Below, in pieces: positions 8,789 through 19,100 of a stretch of 32,000 bases of DNA. A model generated the notes under the pieces. It did no database searches. It saw only the letters and a list, made by a program, of their open reading frames with translations, and was not told the origin of the DNA. Numbering within the stretch: the stretch's first letter is position 1; each line of letters begins with the position of its first letter. The DNA is from Pirellula staleyi DSM 6068. Lineage in GTDB: Bacteria > Planctomycetota > Planctomycetia > Pirellulales > Pirellulaceae. The translations under genes were made by a program, and so were the position numbers. The stretch lies in the NCBI GenBank assembly GCA_000025185.1, contig CP001848.1:4470001-4502000 (forward strand). Reading direction: 5' to 3'.

Positions 8789-9589
8789 ATGACCTGTCTC
8801 GTGAATATTCCCCATCACGCGAAAGCATTTTTCGTGAAAGAGCAGCCTGCGGAGACGCATCTTGTATCTCCCTCCTTAACATCGCGGCGCGGTGGCCCAA
8901 CTGCCTTTGAAGTGAAGTTTGTGATCGACGAAGCGACGGCGCAAGAGATCGAACGTTGGTCTCTTCAGCATCTGGAGGTCGATCCGTTTTGCCTCAAGCA
9001 ACCGGATGGCACCTACTGCATCACGAGTCTCTACACCGACACGCCCGCTTTTGATGTTTATCACCGCGCGCCACTTTATCGTCGTCGCAAGTTTCGTCTG
9101 CGACGCTATGGGACCGAGGGGACGATTCATCTCGAACGAAAAGCGCGGCGCGGCGAGCGTGTAAGTAAGCATCGCACCTCGGTCCATCAGTCGGAGCTAG
9201 TTTTCCTCGGCGAGCCCGAAGCTCGCAGCGATTGGCAAGGTGCCTGGTTTCACGAGCGCCTTTTGCGCAAATCGCTCCAGCCAGCTTGCGTGCTGGTTTA
9301 TAAGCGCGCGGCCTATCTGGCAAGTTCAAGTGAAGGTCCGCTCCGCTTGACAATCGACCGCCAGATTCAAGGTCAGCTGTCGAGCCGTTGGCATGTGGGA
9401 CTGACAGCGGAACCGCAGTCGATCCTTCCAGGCCAAGCCATTCTTGAACTCAAGTTTCGTGAAGCGATGCCGTCGCTCTACAAGCAATTGGTTGCCGACT
9501 TTCAGCTGACAGCCTCCGGATTTTCGAAATATCGACGTTGTCTTGATACTTGCGGTTTGCCTTTGCCAACGGTGGTCACAAAGGAGTAG
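8789..9589 (+). CDS. VTC (polyphosphate polymerase / CYTH-like triphosphate tunnel) domain protein
   Basis: The ATG at 8789 is preceded by GAGG; the upstream part of the ORF-track entry (8648-8788) overlaps the CotH 3' end. Motifs: FEVKFVI (ExK tunnel motif), YCITSLYTDTPAFDVYHR, RRRKFRLRRYG, and IHLERKARRGERVSKHR. Confidence 0.8.
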   Translation: MTCLVNIPHHAKAFFVKEQPAETHLVSPSLTSRRGGPTAFEVKFVIDEATAQEIERWSLQHLEVDPFCLKQPDGTYCITSLYTDTPAFDVYHRAPLYRRRKFRLRRYGTEGTIHLERKARRGERVSKHRTSVHQSELVFLGEPEARSDWQGAWFHERLLRKSLQPACVLVYKRAAYLASSSEGPLRLTIDRQIQGQLSSRWHVGLTAEPQSILPGQAILELKFREAMPSLYKQLVADFQLTASGFSKYRRCLDTCGLPLPTVVTKE

Positions 9590-9591
9590 CG

Positions 9592-10269
9592 ATGCTGGAT
9601 TGGTTGACCACCGCTGTTGAAAACGATCCCCAAATGTCTCTCCCTGTGATCAGCGCGAGGCTGATACTCGGATTGATCTGTGGCATGCTGGTGGCGGGAA
9701 GCTATCGCTTAACGCAAGGACCACTCTCCACGCGTTCGATGTCGCTGATGGCGACGCTCGTGCTCCTCACGATTTTGATTGCCATGGTTGCACTCGCCGT
9801 TGGTAACAGTGCGGCACGCGCTTTTAGTTTGGTTGGCGCGCTTTCGATTGTTCGTTTTCGCACGGTTGTCGAAGATACGCGCGACACAGCGTTCGTGATC
9901 TTTGCCGTTGCGGTGGGAATGGCGGCAGGGGCGGGCTACTACCAAGTGCCACTGGTGGGAATACCCCTGACAGCCGTTGTGGCCTATCTGTTTCGCCCGA
10001 CCAGCAAAGTGATCGCCACGGAATTTCTCGAGCGCACGCTGGAAATTCGCATCGGCATCGGCCGTGATCTAGAGACGACATTACAGCCTCTCTTTCAAAG
10101 CCACTTGCAGCACTGGAAACTCACCTCGATTGCCACCGCCAAGCAAGGAGCGGCGATCCAAGTGGTATATCACGTCAAACTGCGATCAGAAAAATCTGCC
10201 ATCGCGATTGTGACTGAACTCAATCGCGTGGAAGGAGTTCAGGATATTCAGCTGCACAGTCCCAGTTAA
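9592..10269 (+). CDS. DUF4956-like polytopic membrane protein
   Basis: The ATG at 9592 has a strong RBS (AAGGAG at 9581-9586) and lies 2 nt after the VTC stop. The protein has several TM helices and the characteristic FSLVGALSIVRFRTVVEDTRDTAFVIFAVAVGMAAGAG block. The C-terminus looks soluble. Confidence 0.75.
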   Translation: MLDWLTTAVENDPQMSLPVISARLILGLICGMLVAGSYRLTQGPLSTRSMSLMATLVLLTILIAMVALAVGNSAARAFSLVGALSIVRFRTVVEDTRDTAFVIFAVAVGMAAGAGYYQVPLVGIPLTAVVAYLFRPTSKVIATEFLERTLEIRIGIGRDLETTLQPLFQSHLQHWKLTSIATAKQGAAIQVVYHVKLRSEKSAIAIVTELNRVEGVQDIQLHSPS

Positions 10270-10483
10270 TATCTGCCTACCTGAATGCTGCTTAACAATA
10301 TTCCAGTAGCAGCTTGGGTAGATTTAGGCGGTTCGCTTCACAAAATACAACCACTTTAATATCCACCTTAGATTATGATTTAATTTCTATGGGGCTAGCC
10401 AGCTGTGGTTATCTGCAGACATACTGTTGCCGCAACTGGGAATAATAATGTGATGCGCAACCTTTTAGCTGAGCTGGTATCCG

Positions 10484-11494
10484 ATGTCAGGACCGCCGAA
10501 TATCGATCCGCAGTCGGCCCTCGCATGGGAGCTGGATGTTTCCCAGCTGGGTGGCACTCTTCCGGCGGTGGGTGAGCGACAATTGATTCGCCTCAGCTTC
10601 CGGAATCAGCGGATTGAAATTGCCCCTGCAGAGACGTTCGATGCTGCGACGCATCAAATCATTCATGTGCGAGGCGAGCCATTTATCTCGCATCTTTCCG
10701 AGCGTGATGCTGTGATTTCGCGTGTGCTGCAGCACCAAGGATATTGGGAGTTTGCGGAGTCCTTGCTCCTTGCGACGCGCATGGAGCGCGGCAGTTTGGT
10801 GCTCGATCTGGGGGCCAATATCGGCTACTACACGCTCGCTGCAGCGCGGCAACTGGGCCCCACCGGGGCCGTTTTCGCGGCTGAGCCTGATCCTGCAAAC
10901 TTTGTGATTCTGCTGGCGAATGTGCTGCTCGCAGTTCAGCGCCGCGGTGAGCTGGCGCGCGTCGATCTGCAATGTGTGGCGCTCGACTCCGAGTCGGGGA
11001 CCAAAACACTCACACGATTTCAAAGAAACTTGGGGCTTCATACCCTGTTTCCCCCGACGAGTCTCCACACCTCGCAGGGAAACTTAGATCAGTCGATCTC
11101 GGTTTCCACCACTACACTCGACGATCTCCGCTTTGGAAGTCCGTCGCGTCCTGCCGCGATCGAACGCCGTATTCATCTCATCAAAGCCGACACACAAGGG
11201 GCCGAACTGGCAATTCTGAAGGGAGGTTGTCGTACGCTCGCAAGCGACCGGCCGCTATTATGCCTGGAATTCGAACCGAGCCTCTCTGGCGAGGCTCGAT
11301 CGCTCGAGCTCTTGCACTGGCTGGCCGACCATCAATATCGCGAGTGCCTTTTTTTCTATTCCACCGAGACGGACCCACTCCGCATGCTCCGGCAGTTTCA
11401 ATCGCCACTAGCAGTCCTTTCTCTTGAACCACTGGTGAGGCAAAGACGAATCGGACCTTTCGGCACGCTTTTGGCCTATCCGTGCGAGCTTTAG
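10484..11494 (+). CDS. FkbM-family SAM-dependent methyltransferase
   Basis: 336-aa ORF. VLDLGANIGYYTLAAARQLGPTGAVFAAEPDPANFVILLANV matches the FkbM GxGxG-type SAM motif followed by (F/A)EP-P-NF. A later block reads LIKADTQGAELAILKG. The gene is preceded by a 214-bp AT-rich intergenic region. Confidence 0.8.
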   Translation: MSGPPNIDPQSALAWELDVSQLGGTLPAVGERQLIRLSFRNQRIEIAPAETFDAATHQIIHVRGEPFISHLSERDAVISRVLQHQGYWEFAESLLLATRMERGSLVLDLGANIGYYTLAAARQLGPTGAVFAAEPDPANFVILLANVLLAVQRRGELARVDLQCVALDSESGTKTLTRFQRNLGLHTLFPPTSLHTSQGNLDQSISVSTTTLDDLRFGSPSRPAAIERRIHLIKADTQGAELAILKGGCRTLASDRPLLCLEFEPSLSGEARSLELLHWLADHQYRECLFFYSTETDPLRMLRQFQSPLAVLSLEPLVRQRRIGPFGTLLAYPCEL

Positions 11495-11543
11495 TTACCT
11501 TACGCGCGTGAGCTTGAAGTTGTGCACATCGCGCACCAAGCCT

Positions 11544-12731
11544 CTACGAAAGGAGCGACCCAAGATGCGCCGCAATTCGCCGCGCCAATTCTTGTGGTCG
11601 ATGATCGGCATGCAGTTGTGCAAAAGATTCCGCCTTCTCGCGGAACGATGGTTGATGCACGAGGGAATGTAGTGCACTCGCAAACGCGGTCTGATTTCCA
11701 CTCGGAATGAAAATACCCGCTCCCAGTTTTGCCACGCGCGAGGCCAGCAAAAACTGCTCCACCGAGATCGGGATTTGTAGCAGCGGCTTACCAGCCAAGA
11801 GAGCGAGGGCCGAAACGCCATGTCCGGCGTAGTTGACGACCAAATCGGACTCACTGGCAACTTGCTCGACGTTGATGGGGGATGTGGCGAGGTGGACCGA
11901 GGAACCGCGAAGCTGCTGCTGCAGCGTGCTACTCACTGGTCCCGCCACCGCGATGGTCGGAAACCCGAGTTGAGCGAGTGTTTTTAGGTAGCTTTCTCGA
12001 TCGGGAATCGCCGTGAGATAGGCATACACCTTGGGCCCCGCAGCACGCGGCCAGTGGGCGACCGTCGCAGCACCGCTGGGATAACAGCCCCAGAAGTTGC
12101 CACTCGTTCGTGGTCCGAAATGATCGAGCTCGGGGAAGGTGGTGAGGATTTCGGTCGTCACCTCCGCGAACAGATCGCTCAACATTCCTAGCACAGGTTG
12201 ATGGTTGCGCTCGAGCAGTTGATTCACCTGCTCGCACAGACGCTGCTCATGCTCGAGCCAACTCGCGTCATCCCCTTTCACCCACGGCCGAACCTTGGGA
12301 AGAGGCGAGCTCGCAGGTGGTGAGCAGAAACCCGTGCCGATCGTTACCACCGGGATGCCGCGACCTCGCAGCGCCAGCAGGGGAGTGGGGCTGTGGTCAG
12401 CCACCACCACATCGGGCTTCACCAAATCCAAAATCGTTTGCCAGCTGTGATACAGCCCCGCAAGTTCCTCAGCCTCTCCCCAGCCAATGTTATGAAGCAG
12501 GTGGGCGTAGGTCGTGGGTGGATCGATACGTGTGGAGGTCACACGATGCTTCGCGGGAGCTTGGAAATATTGCACCGGAAGATCACGCAACAAGCTTGGG
12601 GCCTGTGCAGTTTCGCGGAGCACGAGGATCACGCGATGACCAGCGCGACACAATTCACTCGCCACCAACTTCAGTGGATACAAATGCCCCAATCCACCAC
12701 CAAGCTCCCAAACTGCTAACACGGTTGCCAC
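11544..12731 (-). CDS. GT-B fold glycosyltransferase, GT1/MGT (UDP-glycosyltransferase)-like
   Basis: 395-aa ORF with a GTG start at 12731. N-terminal block: VWELGGGLGHLYPLKLVASELCRAGHRVILV. C-terminal nucleotide-sugar block: VNYAGHGVSALALLAGKPLLQIPISVEQFLLASRVAKLGAG. It is convergent with the FkbM gene and divergent from the giant gene. Confidence 0.8.
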   Translation of the reverse strand: MATVLAVWELGGGLGHLYPLKLVASELCRAGHRVILVLRETAQAPSLLRDLPVQYFQAPAKHRVTSTRIDPPTTYAHLLHNIGWGEAEELAGLYHSWQTILDLVKPDVVVADHSPTPLLALRGRGIPVVTIGTGFCSPPASSPLPKVRPWVKGDDASWLEHEQRLCEQVNQLLERNHQPVLGMLSDLFAEVTTEILTTFPELDHFGPRTSGNFWGCYPSGAATVAHWPRAAGPKVYAYLTAIPDRESYLKTLAQLGFPTIAVAGPVSSTLQQQLRGSSVHLATSPINVEQVASESDLVVNYAGHGVSALALLAGKPLLQIPISVEQFLLASRVAKLGAGIFIPSGNQTAFASALHSLVHQPSFREKAESFAQLHADHRPQELARRIAAHLGSLLS

Positions 12732-12877
12732 AATTATTTACTCTCAAACTTTGCTGTAGTAGCAACTGATCTTAATTTCGCATCTTTTAAGTAGCAGCGC
12801 AAGCAATCTAAAAACGGAAGCTTAACGAATCAGCTGCAGTCGATTATTGAATTCTTGGCAAGTTTGCAAGAATCTGG

Positions 12878-12907
12878 TTGACAAATCATCACTCGAGTTG
12901 CCATACT
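12878..12907 (+). promoter_or_regulatory. Candidate sigma-70-type promoter for the giant gene (TTGACA-N18-CATACT)
   Basis: TTGACA at 12878-12883, an 18-nt spacer, then CATACT at 12902-12907, in the 459-bp AT-rich divergent intergenic region. It would give a leader of roughly 275 nt. The giant gene's RBS, AAGGA, lies about 8 nt before the ATG at 13191. This is a pattern match only. Confidence 0.3.
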
Positions 12908-13190
12908 CCCCGCCGGATTAAAAATAGCTCGTTAGGTGGGTTATTTCAATCCATAGGAGTGCTTCTTACTCTACCTGTCTTTTCTGTTTTCCTGCTTCCT
13001 GGCAGTCGGCTCGCGATGCGCGCCGAGCGATCCACCGCCGGCCTAGCTCACGATTGCCACTAACGATCGTCTGCTAGGCCACTTGATTAGATTTCGACCG
13101 ATCGCCTTAGCATTTTTTCAAAGCCTTTTGACCAGACGCGTCAACGGGTCCGCTGATGCTGCGCCTGTACACGACTAAAGGATTTACATC

Positions 13191-16100
13191 ATGACAATCT
13201 CGCGCAAAGAGTTGGCTCGTCAAAAGAAGCGTCAAAAAGAATTGCGAGCTGCCATATTGGCTCGGCGCGAGCGCCGGTCGCTCATCGAGCAGCTCGAGCC
13301 GCGTCAAATGATGGCGGCTGAAGTCAGCAACTTTAGGCTTTGGTATGACTCAGGTTATTCGTCGACCGACAAGGTCTCGAGCGATACTCGCCTGGCTGGT
13401 GCCCTCGCTTTTGGTAGCGGAAATTCGGGGCGCATCGACTTTGATCATAACGGCGATAGCAATGTCGATGGGACTATTTCGGTCGTTAACTCAGGTGGCA
13501 GCTTTAAGTATGAGCCGCGCGACAATGGTCTCAGCGAGTCGTTTACCGGTGCGCTCGATCTGAAGTATCGCGCGGTGGAACTCGACAGCTACGGCGGTGT
13601 GCTCAATACCGGCAGCTGGACCAGTTTTCCGATCACCGTCGAATCGCGCCTCGGCGCCGATCTGCAGAACCTGCATCTCGTGAGCGATACTGGGAGCTCT
13701 TCGACCGACAAAGTGACGAGCGATTTGCGACTCGCAGGCGCTGTAACGTGGGATGGCTACGGTGGTTTTGCGCAGGTGGAGTTCGATCTGCATAACGACG
13801 GCACAGCCGATGGCTATGCCGGGCTCTGGTGGTCGGGCGAAAGTTTTGAAGTGAACCTGCGGAACATGGGGCTCTCGTCGTCCTATAGCGGCGCGCTTCC
13901 GCTGAAGTATCGCATCGTGGAATTCGATAGCTACAGCAGTCCACTCTATACCTCGGACTGGCAAAGCTTTGCGATCACCGTGGAGACTCCGCGGCTGTAT
14001 GGCAACGTCAATTCGCTGCAGCTGGTGAGCGATACCGGAAGTTCCTCGACCGATAAGGTGACCAGTGATCCGCGCGTGAGCGGCTCGATTTCTTGGGATG
14101 GCTACGGCGGCTCCGTGCAGATCGAGTTCGACCACAACAACGACGGCACTTACGACGGCTATGCCGGAACGTACTACAGCGGCGGCAGCTTCACCTACGA
14201 CCCGCGTAACTGGGGATTGTCGTCGATTTATAGCGGCGAATTGCCGCTGCGCTATCGCATTGTCGAGCGCGATGACTACTACAACACGCTCTTCACCGGA
14301 TCGTGGCAGGATTTCACGATCACCTTGGAGCCGCAGCGCATCAACGCAGTGATGAGCGGCCTCGCGCTGGTGAGCGATACCGGCACCAGCAGCACCGACA
14401 AGCTCACGACCGATCCGCGCCTCACCGGCAACGTCAGCTGGGATGGCTACGGCGGCTACGTCGACGTCCAGTTCGATCACAACAACGACAACTACTTCGA
14501 TGGCTATGCGGGCGTCTGGTCGTCGGGAAGTTCGTTCAACTACGATCCGCGCAGCTGGGGACTTTCGAGCGAGCACGCGGGCGTGGTGCCGATGCGCTAT
14601 CGGTTCGTCGAATACAACGAGAACTACACGGCGATCTACACCAGCAGCTGGACCAGTTTCGAGTACACGATGCTAGCGCCGCGGCTCAACGCCACGCTCA
14701 GCGGTCTGGCGCTCGTGAGTGATACCGGCACCAGCAGCACCGACAAAATTACCAGCGATCCGCGCGTGTCGGGAAGTGTGACTTGGGATGGCTATGGTGG
14801 CTGGGTCGATGTGCAGTTCGATCACAATTCCGACGGCTCTTACGATGGCTACGCGGGTATTTGGTCGTCGGGAGGCTCATTCACCTACGATCCACGCAAC
14901 TTTGGACTTTCGAGCAACTACTCGGGCGAATTGCCGCTGAAATATCGAACCGTCGAGTACTCTAGCGGCGGCTCTACTTTGTTCACTAGCAACTGGGCCA
15001 ACTTCCCCATTACCATCGAACAGCCGCGGCTGAATGCGACGCTCACCGGGCCGCAACTAGTGGTAGATGATGGAGCCTCTTCCTCCGATCGTGTGACCAC
15101 CGACCCGCGCGTGTCGGGAAGCGTCACTTGGGATGGCTACGGCGGCTCGGTGCAACTGCAGTTCGACCACGATGCCAACGGCTCGCTCGATGGCTATGCC
15201 GGAATTTACAGCTCGGGGAATTCGTTTACCTACGATCCGCGCAGCTTTGGGCTTTCGTCGAGCTACTCGGGAAGCTTGCCGCTGAAGTATCGCGTCGTCG
15301 AAATGGACTCCTACGGCGGAACGCTCCACACCAGCAACTGGCAAGATTTTGCGATCACGATTTCGGGAGCCGAGCCATCGGCCACCCTCGCGAACTTGCA
15401 TCTGGTGAGCGACACCGGCACCAGCAGTACCGACAAAATCACCAGCGATCCTCGTCTCGCTGGTAACGTGAACTGGGACGGCTACGGTGGCTATGTGACG
15501 GTCGAGTTCGACCACACTGGCAACGGTTCCGTCGATGGATCAACGACGCTCTACATGAGTGGCGATGCTTTTCAGTACGATCCTCGCAGTAGCGACCCAA
15601 GCCTTTCAACCTACGCAGGCACGCTCCCGCTGAAGTATCGCTTGGTCGAAAACACCTCTGGCGGAAGCACCATTGTCGGTTCGTGGCAAACGTTTACCTA
15701 CACTCTTGTGGGTCAGTCACCCGCTCCCGAAATCACCGTCGTCGATTCGAGCATCGCGCCGATAGCCGACGAAATCGGCTCCTATTCCTTTGGGACGACT
15801 GTCGCCGGTTCCTCGATCGTGCGAACCTTCACGATCGTGAATCAGGGGACCGGCACACTCACGCTCGATGCCAATAGCCTTTCATTGCCGAGCGGCTTTG
15901 CGCTCGTTTCGACGTTCGACAGCACCGTCGATCCCGATGGCGGGACCACGACGTTCAGCGTCCGGCTCGAGGCGACTACGCCCGGGGTTTACAGCGGCAC
16001 ACTCTCGTTTACCAGCAACGATGCCGATGAGAGCCCTTACAACTTCACCATCACAGGACACGTTCTGTCGGCTGAAGCTGAAATCGATGTCGAGCGCGCA

Positions 16101-19100
16101 GATGGCTCGAATCTTGCCGATGGAACTGGGACGCTCAGCTTTGGTGCGACAGCCACCGGTACTGCTGTTTCGCGCACCATCACGATTCGCAACATTGGCT
16201 ACAGCACCCTGGTGCTCGACGACGAGTCACTCTCGCTGCCGAGTGGCTATTCGCTCGTCAGTGGATTTGCCACCTCGGTTTCTCCAGGTGAATCGACCTA
16301 CCTCACCGTTCAGCTCGATGCGTCGTCCGCAGGCACCTATGGCGGACAGCTTTCGTTCACCACCAACGACACGAGCGAAGGGATCTTCAACTTCCAGCTC
16401 ACTGGCACCGTCGAAGCCCCCACTCCCGAAATCGTGGTTCGGCTGGCGAGTGAATCCAATCGCTCGCTCTACAGCGGATCGGATAGTGTCGACTTCTCCT
16501 GGGCGCAGGTCGGTGGCGCCAATGCACGCACCTTGCTGATCGAAAACACCGGGACCGGCACTCTCACGCTCGATAGCGCGTCGCTTGTTCTTCCGGTTGG
16601 ATTTCGCGTCGCCACCCCGTTTGCCGCCACGGTAGCCCCCGGCGCAAGCACTTCGCTGATTGTGGAATTTGCCCCCGGATCGGAAGGTTTTCATTCCGGA
16701 GAACTTTCGTTTGTGACAAACGATTCCGACGAAGGACTCTTTCGGTTCACACTCCACGGCGAAGGGTATGGGAGCGGTACACCGAGCGGCACGCAGCTGA
16801 TCGTTGGGCTTCGCAACGACACCGGGATTTCATCGAGCGACAAAGTCACTTCCGACTACCGGATTCAGGGAGAAGTGACGGGACTAGCTGCTGGCGAATC
16901 GGCTCGCATTGCGATCGATCTCGGGACCGATGGGATCGCGGAAACGGAAATCACCGTCACGGCCGCCAGCCCCGAGTTTGCCTTCGATCCTACGACCATC
17001 GCCAGTTCGTTTGCAGCGACACTCGGCGCTAAACTGCTCCGCTTCAAAGTGACCTATTTCGACGACCAGGACAACGAGATCGGCACCGGAAATTGGCAAA
17101 CGTTCAGCTATGCCTTGGAAGCGATTCCGGTCCAGATCACCCCGACGCTCCTCACCGATACTGGCCCGATTTACAACGACTCGATCACCTACCTTCCGAC
17201 CCTCTCCATTGCCGTGCAGAAGCATAGTGGCAGTGGCAACATCCGCTTGGAGTTTGATCACGACGCTGATGGCGATGTCGATGGCTCGGCAGCTGTTCCC
17301 TATTCCTACACGGTGCTGCAGTATGATCCGCGCGTGAGCGATTCGTCCTTTGCAGCATTGCGGGGTGAAATCCCGCTCCGCTATCGCGCGGTGATGATCG
17401 ATGGCAATGGTGAGCCGATCGCTCTGGGGGCCTGGAACAACTTCACCATCGAGCAGACAGGGGACACCCGTGCCGAGGGTTTGCTGCTATCGGAACTGGG
17501 GCTCAGTTTGGACTCCGGTGTTTCAAGCACCGATCGCATTACCTCGTCACCCGTGATTTATTTTGTCGCGAGTGGTGAGTTGGAAACGGGGAGCGGCGCG
17601 GTCGACTTCGATTTTGAAGGGAACGGTTCGGTCGACACGACGCAGCTGGTCGATCAACTCGACCAAGAATACTTATTCGACCCACGTACGCTTGGTGGAT
17701 CGGAGTATGAGACCAACGGCGCGAAAGAAATCTTTTTCCGCGTGCGTAAGCTCAATGAACTCGGTCTTACGGAGGCCACAGGGGACTGGCAGCCGTTTCG
17801 CTTCACCTTCGAGTCAGCTCCTACCTCGACAGCTTCGCTCCAAAACGTGGCGCTGCTGCACGACACCGGCGCAAGCAGCACCGATCGTGTGACGAGCGAT
17901 GGGACGATCAAGGGAATTGTGCAAAGTGGCGAGGCCTACTCAAATTTTGCGTTTGTCGAAGTCGACTGGACCGGTAATGGGACGGTGGATGATGTCATCC
18001 CAGCGGTTCATGGTCTCGCAGGATGGGAGTTCCGCGCCACTCCACGCTCACTGAGCTACGGCACCTACGATACGCTGCTGCGAGTGCGTGAATGGAGCGA
18101 TCAGTTTGGCCAGTATCGCTATTCCGCCTGGAGCGAGTTCAGTTTTGAGTTCGTCGCGATGAGTTCGCCTGCCATCGCGAGCCTGAAACTCGAAGGGATC
18201 GATGCCAGCATCAGCAGTTATGTGACTGCCCATGAAACAACGCTGCTGGGAGAAGTCGCAACACCGGTTGACCGCTCCTACATCATCTACCTCGATGCCA
18301 ACGGCGATGAGATCGCCGAAGCAACGGCCTACAGCGATGGGCAAGGGAAGTTCTCCATCGAAACACCCATCGCCGCGGCTGGAAATGTCTCCGTGCGGCT
18401 GCGCACCGCTGTTTACGATCCGATCCTGCAATCCGAGATCCTCGGACCTTGGCGATCGTTTGCCTTCAGTTACGAATCGAAAGCGCTCGCCAATGTTACC
18501 GAGCTTTCGCTGCAAACGGATACCGGCACCTCGGCGACCGATGGCATTACCAAAGACCCGACCGTGAAAGGAAAAGTGACTCCGCCGACCACAGCCACCG
18601 GCATCTCGGTGAGTGGCGTGCTGGTCGAGTTTGATGAAGATGGGGATGGCGATGCGGAGGGATTCACCAGCACCTCGACCACCGGAGAGTTCAGCTATCG
18701 TCCACTCACACTCTTGCCTGGCACCGTGACAATCCGCGCTCGATCGCGCGCATTCGACGAAAATCTACGCACCAATATCTACGGCACATGGAAAGAGTTC
18801 ACGTTCACGCTCGAGGCCACAACTTTTGAGACCGGTACGGTAAGTCTATCGCTTGCGAAACCGAGCGCGACGAACTCTGCCCAAACCACCGATCCGGCGA
18901 TCAAAGGAACGACGGTGATTGGCAGTGGTCGGCACGCGGTAGTCGAATTCGATCACAACGGCGATGGAACCCCCGAAGGTTCGGTCGCTACCGACACAAC
19001 GCATCAGTTCACCTATGTTCCTATCGGAATGGGGGTAGGGAGCCACACGATTCGTGCTCGGGTGCGCGAATGGAATCCGGTTGCGCGACAGCTTGTGATC

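Noticed and set aside
12878-13063. 61-aa ORF in the leader of the giant gene, and the 66-aa minus-strand ORF at 13107..13307.
   Set aside because: The first begins at a TTG that I read instead as the -35 hexamer, and it has no RBS or recognisable domain. The second overlaps the giant gene start in antisense. Both sit in an AT-rich regulatory spacer. A leader peptide cannot be excluded but is unsupported.
13491-14576. 361-aa minus-strand ORF inside the giant gene. Similar long antisense or alternate-frame ORFs occur at 24903..25943 (-), 21561..22268 (-), 15868..16539 (+), 24928..25518 (+) and 20968..21594 (+).
   Set aside because: All are fully nested in the 5,010-codon ORF. Their translations are low-complexity Arg/Ala/Pro/Val-rich strings typical of off-frame reading of high-GC, repeat-rich coding DNA. 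They show no motifs and no RBS. The sense frame has clear domain structure.
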